DNA of 64,000 nucleotides, from contig CP145425.1 of the NCBI GenBank assembly GCA_036867785.1, positions 496,001 through 560,000 of the forward strand, given 5' to 3'. Shown one piece after another: positions 21,115 through 31,345 of this stretch; position 1 is the stretch's first letter; every line of letters begins with the position of its first letter. Under the pieces are notes generated by a model that saw only the letters and a program-made list of their open reading frames with translations, had not been told where the DNA came from and did not search any database. The DNA comes from Plasmodiophora brassicae. Lineage: Eukaryota. Made by a program: the position numbers and the translations under genes.

Positions 21115-22380
21115 ATGATCGTCGATGGACGCTACTCACGTGCCGTGCTGTCGTGCATTCCTCTGATCGTTGCCGTCAGTTACGCGATTCCCAGTGTGCT
21201 GTACCTCTGCCCCAACGACAGCGCAGAGTCTCGCGAGGTCAACACCGAGCGCGCCATCGGCCACTCCAAAGCGCTGCTGAACCTGGTCAACGGTATGCAC
21301 ATATACTACTGGCCCCTGCCGGTGGACATCGGCTCCTTCGAGTTGGACATGTTTGCAATGTTCACCGACAGTGCTGTCCCGGAACAGGTCCGTTACTCCC
21401 ATCGTCCTTCGATGATCACTGATTACCAACAACTACCACAGGACGACAGCATCGACGCCTGGGTTAGCGATAATATCCGAGACATTCATGACAGCATCCG
21501 TATGCTGGCAGCGGCCCTGTTGCTTCAGGTCGATTCCCTCGTGCAACGCATCACTGCGATGGAGTTCACGTGGCAGGATATTGCCTGGGTCCGCGACAGC
21601 ACGTGGCTCCCCCAGACGCACAATCAAGCATGCCGGACCATTGTGGAGACGAGACCAGCCTTCAGACTTCTTGTTGATGCCGCGCGCATCTACCAGCAGC
21701 ATAAGATCGTGTTGCAGGTTGCGGGATCCCTTGTCAATGGGGAAGCGAACATCGACTTAATCAACAATGGGGTCTTCACCTGCTTCGGCGAAAACGTGCT
21801 GGGCTGGGCCGTTGGCGTGTTGGATCATGCTGACGCGGCTGTCGAGATGCTAGTGAACGTTCCCGGCATTATCGCCGACCTGCCCATGAACCACGGCCCA
21901 GGCCTGTTCACGCCACTCCAGCAAGCGGCAACATATGGTGATGCGCGGGTGGTCGAGCTGCTGCTGGGCGTCCCCGGCATCAAGGTCGACGCAGGCGCCG
22001 GCACTGAACGTGGCACAGCTCTGCATATGTGCTTGGACAGGGGGACAATCTATCGTCTGCCACCAGGACCTGGCGCCTGCCGCGTCGCAGAGCTGCTGAT
22101 CGAACGCGGAGCGGACGTTAACGCGCTTAAAATGGGGGGCATGACACCGCTGCACCTGGCGGCGCGATACCCATGGCCCGATCACATCATCACGTTGTTA
22201 CTGGAGAATGGGGCGCAGGTGAACGCCCAGGATAACAACGGGCGGACGGCGCTGCACTACGCTGAGGCTACAGGACGGCGTGATTGCTTCGAGTTGCTGC
22301 TGAAGATTGGCAAGGCCAATCCCAATCTGACGGACAACGAAGGAGAGACCGCAACTCTTGAACGGGTTCGGTCGTCCTGA
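21115..22380 (+). CDS. Secreted ankyrin-repeat protein with an N-terminal SKP1/BTB-like region (effector candidate), intronless
   Basis: Signal-peptide-like AVLSCIPLIVAVSYA; SKP1-like V...A..HSKALLNLV...PLPVDIGSFEL and MLAAALLLQVDSLV; ANK motifs TPLQQAATYG, GTALH, GMTPLHLAA, GRTALHYA. Confidence 0.85.
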   Translation: MIVDGRYSRAVLSCIPLIVAVSYAIPSVLYLCPNDSAESREVNTERAIGHSKALLNLVNGMHIYYWPLPVDIGSFELDMFAMFTDSAVPEQVRYSHRPSMITDYQQLPQDDSIDAWVSDNIRDIHDSIRMLAAALLLQVDSLVQRITAMEFTWQDIAWVRDSTWLPQTHNQACRTIVETRPAFRLLVDAARIYQQHKIVLQVAGSLVNGEANIDLINNGVFTCFGENVLGWAVGVLDHADAAVEMLVNVPGIIADLPMNHGPGLFTPLQQAATYGDARVVELLLGVPGIKVDAGAGTERGTALHMCLDRGTIYRLPPGPGACRVAELLIERGADVNALKMGGMTPLHLAARYPWPDHIITLLLENGAQVNAQDNNGRTALHYAEATGRRDCFELLLKIGKANPNLTDNEGETATLERVRSS

Positions 22381-22561
22381 AGGAAATTCTACTGTGCGTG
22401 AACGTGCATCTCCTTCCGCAGCGGCATTTGGACGCGTGCTGCCAGTCGTTCTCCATAAAGCCGTTCCCTCGATCACGTACAGGCGCAGGCGCGCGGGACC
22501 TTTGTCTAGCGAGCAGTACTAGCGTCAGCGTCCCTGTACGCTGTCTGGCGGGTCTGCCGCA

Positions 22562-23054
22562 TCAGCGGTGGAGGACGACGACGTCGATGCTGGCGTCGAT
22601 CCGGCCGGGTTCGTCGTGGTCGGTTGTCACGGTGCCCCTTGCCGTTGCTGGTCCGGTTCTCATAATTGTCCTGAATCCGTAGTTCGACTGGTCCGCCATC
22701 GCCGCCGCCCCGTTATCATACAAATCACCGCCGTTGTCACGATCATCGCCGCCACCATCGCCGTCCTCACGATCCTGCCGCGGCCGGCACAGCTCGTCAA
22801 CATCCTTCAGGACAGCCGCGATGGCCGCCGCCACAGGTCTGGTGCGTTCATCGAGCCGGTACGCCGGCTCTGTCGACCGCTTCCCAGGTCACCCATCGTA
22901 TGTGGCCAGCAGCGCAAGGACGTCTGCAAGGATAATGTGTACGCAGAACACATGAGTATACGCGTCACTTTCGCCTTGTTTACTCCCGCACGGTAACCTT
23001 ATCCTTACCCAGGAAGCCGTTGCAGGGCGCGTCACGCTTCTGTGGCGGCGACAT
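22562..23054 (-). CDS. Small hypothetical protein, probably 3 exons
   Basis: ATG 23054 (MSPPQKRDAPCNGFL), GTAAG donor, in-frame splicing to DVLALLATYDG and PVAAAIAAVLKDVDEL... Confidence 0.35.
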
Positions 23055-23257
23055 GGCGGCAGTTGGTAAAAGAAGATTTTCTGTACCTACCAGGATTCCG
23101 GGCGGAACGAAAATCTGGAAGGTGGTCGGCAGCAGCGCGACCAAAAGTCCGTGACTGGGAGCAGCCCGTGCGTGTGACGGGCTGCGCTCGCAGCGGGGCG
23201 GGGCGGCATCCAGTTCGATTTTTGGGCGTGGTCGATCAGGGTCGAGGCACGTCGAGC

Positions 23258-24709
23258 ATGTTGGAGCACGAGGCCGTGATGGTCGCGCCGGCGCCCGTCA
23301 TGCCGGTCGGCAGCGATGGCGACGGGTCGCACTCGCGGCGCCGTCGCCGACGCCGCCACTCGTCCCGTTCCGGGTCGTCGTCGACGTCGAGGTCGCCGTC
23401 GCGTCACCGGCACTCCCGCCACCGCAAGCGCAGCGATCGCGACCGGGAGCGCAGCCGCGAACGGAGCAGCCGCCGGAGCAGTCGCAGTACGGACCAGGAC
23501 CGCCACCGTCCCAGCTTCGATCGCGACCGTCGTCAGCAGCGACGCTCGATGAGCCCGCCAAAGTCCGCGCTGGCCACCGCCGAGGACTTGCTTCGCCGCG
23601 AGCAGGAGCAGGCAGATCGCGATTCGCGGACGGTCTTCGCCTCGCAAATCCATCCGAAAGCGACGATGCGTGAAATCTTCGAGTTCTTCTCGCAGGTCGG
23701 CCGTGTTCGCGACGTGCAATGCATAGAGGACCAGCGGACGCGCAAGTTCAAGGGCATCGCGTACATTGAGATGGACAAGATCGAGGAAGTTCAGCTGGCG
23801 CTGGCCTTGAATGGGCACCCGCTTCACGGTTACCCGATCACCGTCCAGCTGACGCAGGCAGAGAAGAACCGAGCAGCGCATGCGGCGGCGTTGGCGGCGG
23901 CTGCTCTTCAAGAGCAGCCCATGCGGGTTCGCGTCCAGAACCTGCATCCCGACGTGGGCAACGATGATCTCCGTCCGTTCTTTGAGCCTTTCGGCAAGGT
24001 CGACGACGTGGCCATCGACGTTGACGATAACGGCAAGTCAATGGGTTCCGCATGGATTTCGTTCCGTCGTGTTCCCGACGCCCAGGCGGCTGTGTCTGCA
24101 CTGAACCAGCTTGAAATCTTAGGGCAAGCGATTCTCGTGTCGATGGAGGTTCCTGCTTTGAACTTCACGGGCTCGAGCGCCGTCAATGCCGCGATGGTCG
24201 CCGCGGTTGGCGCTGGCGGCGTCCACACGGGACAGCTGGGGGAGCTCGACGATGATGCAGGCGGTGGATTGCATTTGTCTGCTCAGCACCGATTGGCACT
24301 AATGCAACGATTGCAACGCAGTACGGAACAGCCTCCATCTGCTTCGTTTGTTGCTTCGAAGCCTGCTGCCGCGCCAACACCTCCGCAAGTGCCGCAGCGG
24401 GTCCAACCTTCGACCTGTGTTGTGCTGAAGAACATGTTCACGCAGAATGAGCTTGCCGCTGACCACAACCTCGCCATTGACATCAAGGAGGACGTCGCAT
24501 CGGAGGCGTCGAAATACGGCCGTTTGCTCCACATCTATCTCGACACCGAAAGTGACGGTCACGTTTTCTTGCGTTTTGCAGATATCGAAGGTGCCCACCG
24601 CGCCCTGAACGACTTCCATGGTCGGTTCTTCGCTGCCCGGCAGGTGGTTGCTGAATTCGTAGTCGAACGGTCGTACGAGCTACGCTTCCCAGGCAGTGGC
24701 AAGGCCTAG
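23258..24709 (+). CDS. RBM39: RBM39/CAPER splicing factor (RS domain + 2 RRM + UHM)
   Basis: RS-rich N-terminus, DSRTVFASQI, GRVRDVQ...KGIAYIE, TQAEKNR, LRPFFEPFG, CVVLKNMF, DIKEDVASEASKYG, GRFFAARQV. Confidence 0.93.
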   Translation: MLEHEAVMVAPAPVMPVGSDGDGSHSRRRRRRRHSSRSGSSSTSRSPSRHRHSRHRKRSDRDRERSRERSSRRSSRSTDQDRHRPSFDRDRRQQRRSMSPPKSALATAEDLLRREQEQADRDSRTVFASQIHPKATMREIFEFFSQVGRVRDVQCIEDQRTRKFKGIAYIEMDKIEEVQLALALNGHPLHGYPITVQLTQAEKNRAAHAAALAAAALQEQPMRVRVQNLHPDVGNDDLRPFFEPFGKVDDVAIDVDDNGKSMGSAWISFRRVPDAQAAVSALNQLEILGQAILVSMEVPALNFTGSSAVNAAMVAAVGAGGVHTGQLGELDDDAGGGLHLSAQHRLALMQRLQRSTEQPPSASFVASKPAAAPTPPQVPQRVQPSTCVVLKNMFTQNELAADHNLAIDIKEDVASEASKYGRLLHIYLDTESDGHVFLRFADIEGAHRALNDFHGRFFAARQVVAEFVVERSYELRFPGSGKA

Positions 24710-24884
24710 TGTCGTTATCGTCGGCCTTTAATTGTTGTTCTTCTATGCTCAGGCCTGATCTCACCCAGTAAACCACAGCTCTATTCTGCAAGGTTTGGTG
24801 ATCGATCACGTATATTGCTATTGAGATGTGCCGTCAGGTCGTAACAAGGACAATAATTGTTCCCATTGCTGTAGATATGTGATT

Positions 24885-26159
24885 TTACAGTCCGCTTCGA
24901 CGAACAGTGACGATGAAGCGAAGACGGATTTGGCCAGCGTCTGCGACAGTGATGCGGGATATTTCTGGTAACGCACTGGCCGGGCAACAGTCATCGGTGG
25001 TGATCGACAGTTGTGTCTCGTCGTTAACGTTGACGATAGACGTGTTAGGACGTTGTGGCATGGACCGGGAGCGGATCTCTTTGGTGAATGTCCCAGATGA
25101 ATCATCTGCGATCTCGCACAGTGCAAGAACGGCCCGGTTCCTTGACATATGGATGATGTCGTCGCTTAGGACGTCCTGGAAGGCGTCCGCAATACTGAAT
25201 GTTCCGTTCAGCACGAGTTGAAGATTAGTCAGACGTGTGCCACAGTGCCACAGAAGACGACGATTGGTGAACCGCCTAAAAGCGTGGCCTCGAGCCGTTT
25301 GCCGCGGCCTGTAGGCAATCCGAATCAGCACACTGCCGGTGCACGGCGCCGTTGTTCATCCTACTGCTCGACAGCGAACATTTTCTCGAGCGTTATTGCA
25401 TTATCATTGCTGTTTCTTGAAAACGCTGAATCCTTGATGACTCTGCGTTGCAAACCTTAATTGTTGTACCATTTGAAGCCAATTGAACCGTAATCATAAC
25501 TGTACGTTCAACAGATTCGATTTGAATAAAACCTGAACGATTTCAGAACTTACTGTGCCAATTGGTCGAACGCAGTTCCAGCTTGCTGGATCCAACGAAC
25601 TGACGCCTCGTTCCACGCGCATCGCTTTGTGAGTGCAGCCAGCGTTACCTTTGCTTCCCCCAGTAGGTACAAGTCGTCTCTGCAAGCACTTAGCGCTGCC
25701 GCATTCACGCCGGTTGCATCAATATTCACTGTTGAAATCTCGCATTACTCATCATGCAACGCTCCGGTGACTGACGTACGAAAAGGAAACTGGGTGCGTA
25801 ACATGTTTACGGCCTCGTCGCCGGTATCAATCGGTATCCCTTTAGCGACCATGCGCTGAAGTTGGCCAACGATTTGCAGACCTGATAAGCGTATTAGTAG
25901 TTGACGATTGCGGCAACGTACAGGGAGACCTTTGTCGACGTTCAGGCAAGGAATGTCGTTGATCGACACGTTTGTGTACGAAATCGCTTCGGCAAGCTCC
26001 TCCTTAGAGACCAGGTACTCCGTGAGTGTGAGCGGGTTCTAACGGATTGCCATCAGCATCGCGTACACTAGTTACGTAGTATCGATCGAAGTACCACTGA
26101 TGGAGGATCACGATTGCAAAACTGGTGTTCAAGCTGAAACCCGTCACGAAAGCGTCCAT
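24885..26159 (-). CDS. Divergent PARP-catalytic-domain-like protein, probably inactive; multi-exon, 5' end uncertain
   Basis: ITLEKMFAV, FTNRRLLWHCGTRLTNL (cf. NRRLLWHGSR.TN), AVLALCEIA (cf. LLCEVA), ITVADAGQIRLRFIVTV (cf. YIVYD.AQV.L.YLL); the GIYFA and YNE motifs are absent. Confidence 0.55.
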
Positions 26160-26259
26160 CTCGACGACATTCGAAGTGGGCCAATGCAGAAGCGAACTCA
26201 GGAAACACTCCAGAAGTAACGAACTGTTTTACCCCTAATCCTGTGTAACTAATGTAAGG

Positions 26260-27306
26260 TTACGGGCGCGACGACGTATGCTGCGACCACACCTGATCCC
26301 CATTCTTCATAAACAACCCACTCGTCAAGCCTATCGTGCTCAAGGAGCTGAAGCGCAACTACGCTCCGGTCAACAACGACACCCGCCAGTTTGTCTTCCT
26401 GATACATGTTGTTCAGCCCCAGTGGGCATTATTGCACAGCTGTAGCATCGTGGACTTACCCGAAGCAGCCTGACCGTCAGTACGTGCTCGCATATCGGCA
26501 CATGGTACGCCGAGCGCAGGGTGACCGATACGATCCCTTGCTTGGACTCCCGTAATATATGCTTCCCCTTTGGGGCATCCTCGGCGTCGCGTTCGCTATC
26601 AGCGGCATCTTCATCATCGCCATCGCCTTTCGACTTTAGGGCCTGCCGTTTCCGCGTTCGTTTCGCTTTGGTCACACGACTGCGCCCTTTGTCAACTGGA
26701 GACTCCCGTGGTGCAGGTTGAGGTCTCACTCGGGGTTTCGGCCGCTGATCCTCGCGTCCAACATCGTTCTCGCAATTCTCCTTGTTGTTCGACTTGCTCT
26801 TCAGCTTGAGACGCTTCCTAGCGGGCGTCGCACCAGTTGTTATCGGTTCAGCACGTCCGCCCGCGTGTTTCTTCTTGCGGATTCTCCTGCGCATGGTTAC
26901 GATAAGCATAGATGGCGCAATGGATCCGCCTGGTCGCTTACGTTGGCGCTGCGTCTTCGTCATCATCGTCGTCACCACCCGCGTTTGCCGTCGTCTGCAT
27001 ACGCTCAAGGACAATCTACATCGCCGATAAGCGGGAGGGTCCAGAACCCATTCGACACGACATGCGAACCCGTTCAGACGTCGCCGTGATCAGCTTCTTG
27101 ATGGGTTTCAGCGCATTCCCCTCGCAGCCCATTTCCTCGGCGATCAACTGTCGCGCCAACCGCGACGTGATCTCCTCTACCGGCACGTCCGCCAGCACCC
27201 GCTCCAGCATTGCCCGCAATGCCCCATCCGCACTCAGCGCCGACAGGTCCGGGCACGCGGCGCCGCCGACGACGACGCCACCCCCAAGACCATCTTCCGC
27301 TTCCAT
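26260..27306 (-). CDS. DEK_C-domain chromatin-associated protein with a charged low-complexity middle, multi-exon
   Basis: LRAMLERVLADVPVEEITSRLARQLIAEEMG...LKPIKKLI matches the DEK_C pattern; K/R/D/E-rich linker; last exon EDKLAGVVV...SSRP*. Confidence 0.65.
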
Positions 27307-27377
27307 TGGCACCGTGTCCGTCACTTGCGCCCTCCTGAGGGAGGGTTCCCGAACGGTCCAAAGTCCGCGAAGCCCAC

Positions 27378-28270
27378 ATGGGCGACTCGGGCGGCGACAT
27401 TGTCACCGTTGACGGCGAGCGGGGCGTTGCGGTGGACCTGGAGCGGATACGCCCGCTGCTATCGTGTACGATCTGCGGCAAGTGGCTGAATGACGCGCAC
27501 ACCATCATGGAGTGCCTGCATTCGTTTTGTTACGCGTGTCTGCGGTCGGAGTTCGGCTATGAAGGTGCGTCTCGTGGAGCGAAGGTACGCAGCAATGGGA
27601 GCTGAAGGGGGTGGCAGATTCCGATAGCGAGTCGGAAGGGTCGTCGTCGGCGCCGCGCGAGTCGATGGGTGACCCCGATGCCAAGTGCCCGATCTGCCAT
27701 ATCCGACTGGGAGCCGATCCGATCAAGAACGCGGTTCGCCCTGACCGTGCCCTACAGTCACTGTCAACGAGGATGATGAGGAGAATTCAGAGCGATCATG
27801 GCCAGGGTTCGATGTGCAGACGGGGCGTATCCTGACGAGCCCACCTCATTCCTGACATGCATACAGGTTCCCGTAATGAATCGCCAGCCGGACAGAATTC
27901 ATCGTCGTGCTCGACTCCACAGAGCGGCCGTCCTGATGAGGACGCTCAACTGATCGACATCATCCTAACTGCATCTCCAGGCACCGGTCAGCTTCCGAAC
28001 AAGTTTATCAGGTTGGGCAACTACCTTGCACTTGATTCTGCACATGCATTGCTGAGGGTAACTGTGTACTGCAGAACGAACGCCCTGATGACGGTCGGGC
28101 AGTTGAGGAAGTTCCTCTCGATGAGGCTGGGCAATTCGCCGGACGACTACGATGTGACATGTGGCGGGGAGCTCCTCGGCACCGAGTACACGCTGGTGTT
28201 CGTCCAGAAAACCCGATGGCATGCGCCCGGCCCGATTCAGTTTGCGTATTCATGCTCGAGATCCCCCTAG
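27378..28270 (+). CDS. PCGF/BMI1-like RING finger + RAWUL protein (Polycomb PRC1-type)
   Basis: LSCTICGKWLNDAHTIMECLHSFCYACL...CPIC...VRPDRALQSL; RAWUL-like KFIR.TNALMTVGQLRKFL..RL...DVTCGGELLG.EYTL.FV..TRW. Confidence 0.85.
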
Positions 28271-29134
28271 CAGCGAGTCTAATACAGCCAATGTGCCAGA
28301 CAAGCTATCGAATGCGTCCTAACGTCGTGCAGATAGGCTGTGTCCTCTGCGTAATCATTGGCGTTCCGCCATACTCGGAGATGTGCTCTTCCATTCAGGC
28401 CCGGACAGGAACCCGGTGATATTCCCTGCCGTTTTCGGCAATGCTGATCTTCTCTTGCAGGCTCGATGTAAACGCTAAAGTCGTCATCGTCTTCCCTGTG
28501 CCAGGAGAACCAACGAGCAACCCTATTCGAGAAGGATGCTGTTGAGGAACGATACCTGATCGTCACATCTTGAGCGCATCGGTGTAGTGCTAGACTAGTT
28601 CGATGTTCTCGTCATGTGGTATGGCCAGTTGGGGGAGTGTACGCCCTTTGGAAACGTTCCACATTCACCTGTAGGGCACAACCGGTCATTCAAAGCCACA
28701 CAAACGCGACCCACAAAACTTACGGCGCCGCTAACGCTTTCCCGTGCATGTTGACACCCAACACGAGTTATCTTGCATTAGGCAAACGAATGACTTCACC
28801 GACGTTCTCGTTCCTCCAGCAATAGACCATTACCCCATCGCAGGCTCTCCACGAGATCGAGTTCGTAGCAACATCCATCTTTATTATCCTAGTTGTCGAA
28901 CATGCAAATCTGCTCTACCAGCCGTGCACTAGACCGCGCGTTCCGATTGGCGGCGATCGGGGCACGACCTGTACCAGCAGCCAGGAGCCTGCCTGTTGTT
29001 GTCAGCGCTCAGGAGCAGCAGTAAACCGTTTCGAACGGGAACAACCTTTGCTTAGTCAATAAATGTCTGGACAAGCCCAGAGTCATCGTCATGCAGTATT
29101 ATCCCCCACAGCGCATCGACGACTAGAACCCCGT

Positions 29135-31164
29135 TTATTCCGTCTGACGGCGTCTGCGGGCCATGTTGCGCCACTTGTCTTTGATGTCGACCGTGGTGCG
29201 CCCGCTCTGGAACTCGTACGCGAGGAGGATATCTTTCCAGTTGCCTTCGCCAAATTCCCCAATGCCCTTGATGATGTTCTCCTCTTCAAACCTGGTCCAT
29301 TTCTTCGTCTTTCGGCGCTGAACACACACACATATTACAATGCGGGACCGTCGAGAGAGAAACGACAGCCGCACCTCTTTTCCTCCTGCTGGCGAAGGGA
29401 CATGATGCAAGCTCCGACCCGCCACATCCGAGCTTCGGTCTGCTTTTGCCTGCGCTTTAGACTGTGAACCGCGACATAAGCACTCGACCAGAACGTCAAG
29501 TTTGCCACCTAATGTTAGCCCTACCAAAGACAGGCGCACGTCCGACAATCGGTGGCCTTGGGAAGGTCGTTCCACACGTCTCACAGCGGGTGAACGTGAG
29601 ACGCCGCGATGGCCACTGGCAGCCTGCCCGCAACGTTTGAGCACGTGGAAACACCACACCATTCGACAGCGACTCCCACGCTCTGACTATCCTCCCACCG
29701 CTCGTAGATCCCGTTCGCCAGGGCTTGCTTCACCCGGTCGTCTAGCGCCTCTCGAGCCTGGAGCGGATCCTGACACAGGCGAATCAGGAGACGGCCCACC
29801 AATGCGGCCGTTCACGCATACCTCAATGTTGGCAGCGGCTCGGTGCAACGCCATCCTCTTCGACTTGACCGCCAACAGCTCCTCAGACGCAAACACTGAC
29901 CGACCCTCGTGGTCCGACCCCGATTCGTCTTCGTCAGAGCTCTGCCCCGCCACGGTTCAGACGCCCGACGCCGTATCGTCACGACAGCGTCACCGACCGC
30001 TGACGAAGAATCCGCCCGTACCGCAGGAACGGTGCGCTTAACGCCAGCCGAAGCAGAGCGGCTATGGGACGGGCCGTTGCCCTCAAATGCACTGCCCCGC
30101 GACGATGACACCTGCTTCGGTGAACTATAATCCAAGGCGCGTCGCGGGGACGCCTTGGGGCGTTTCGCAGCGCGATCCGGCGCCTCAGGTTGAACCCGGC
30201 GTTTGATGGCCTACGTCCAAGTCAGGCCCGTGCTCTTAGGCGGAACGCGCTGGACAGGTTACGACATTGATCTGGTCCTGCATCAGCGCGAACCCGCATG
30301 CTTGAACGTCCCTGTGGTCGCGCCGTTATCGTACGCCCGCGCGTTGCGAATACATAACGCGACGTCATACGGTGACAACGGGTCATCGTCGTCGCCAACG
30401 GCGACCTCTGACAGGAAACACAGCGGACCGGCCACCTGCTTCTCCTAAACCGGGGACGAGGGGGGAGGTTACAACCAGGACCGGCCAGGCGGCTGACAGC
30501 ACGGGGGACGTACGAGGAAGGTCAACAGGTTGATGATCTCGTCCTTGAACCTGCCATTGGTGAACCTGTAGATCGTGGGGAACGCATCCGGGTCGGCATC
30601 GCCAGCGAACAGGTCCAACTCGTCCGTCAGGCGCCGGACGATACTGCATTTCTTCTTGAACAAGATGGACGATTCGCTCTGACGACACGTGTTAGAACCA
30701 TACGCGCGACGCGCACGCGATCCATTCCCGAACCGTCTGCGGGACATGTTTGAGCAGGCGTCGGACGTGCCGCATTGTGGGCTCATCGTCGTAATTCTGG
30801 GTGGCGGCCTGAGGCACAACGACAATGTTGACGAGGGACCCCCGGCGATGCAGGTGCCGCGACGTACGCGAACCAGCGTGGCCGTCCGCAGGAAAAACCA
30901 CGGGGAATCGGGGCCGCACGAGGACGGGTCGCTATGGGGGACGACGTCATCGAACAGCGCGACCATCTCGCCGATGACCGGGCCGAGATTCTCCGTCTCC
31001 TCGTACATCGCCCGCAGCTTCGTGACGCGCAGGCGCGCCTGAAGGCGCTCCCCGGGCGGGTCGCTCAGCATGGCCAGGACCACGTCCCGGACGGACGGCA
31101 GGTCCAGATGGGCGGCCCCATCCAGGATCCAGTACAGCAGGGTGCCCTCGACGGCGTCACCCAT
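29135..31164 (-). CDS. TRF-like telomere-repeat-binding protein: N-terminal TRFH-like helical domain and C-terminal telobox Myb; multi-exon
   Basis: C-terminal KKWTRFEEENIIKGIGEFGEGNWKDILLAYEFQSGRTTVDIKDKWRNM (telobox). The N-terminal YWILD...DLPSVRDVVLAMLSDPPG..LRV...YEETENL resembles TRFH. Joining both parts into one gene is inferred. Confidence 0.75.
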
Positions 31165-31345
31165 CGACGCCCACCAACCACCGCCTTAAATCCTCCGCAC
31201 CGCCCCAAAACAACGATGCCGCCGGCTGCATTCTTTGGCGCCTTTTTTTGCTGTTTGTGCCACTGCCACCCCGTTCCGTGTCCCCGAAGTGCCAGAGACC
31301 CAAACCCCTGGCCTGGTTTTCGTTTACCAACAATGTTCGAGCCTT

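Noticed and set aside
28279-29060. Short ORFs between the PCGF-like and TRF-like genes
   Set aside because: AT-richer sequence without motifs; may be UTR or a small unrecognised gene
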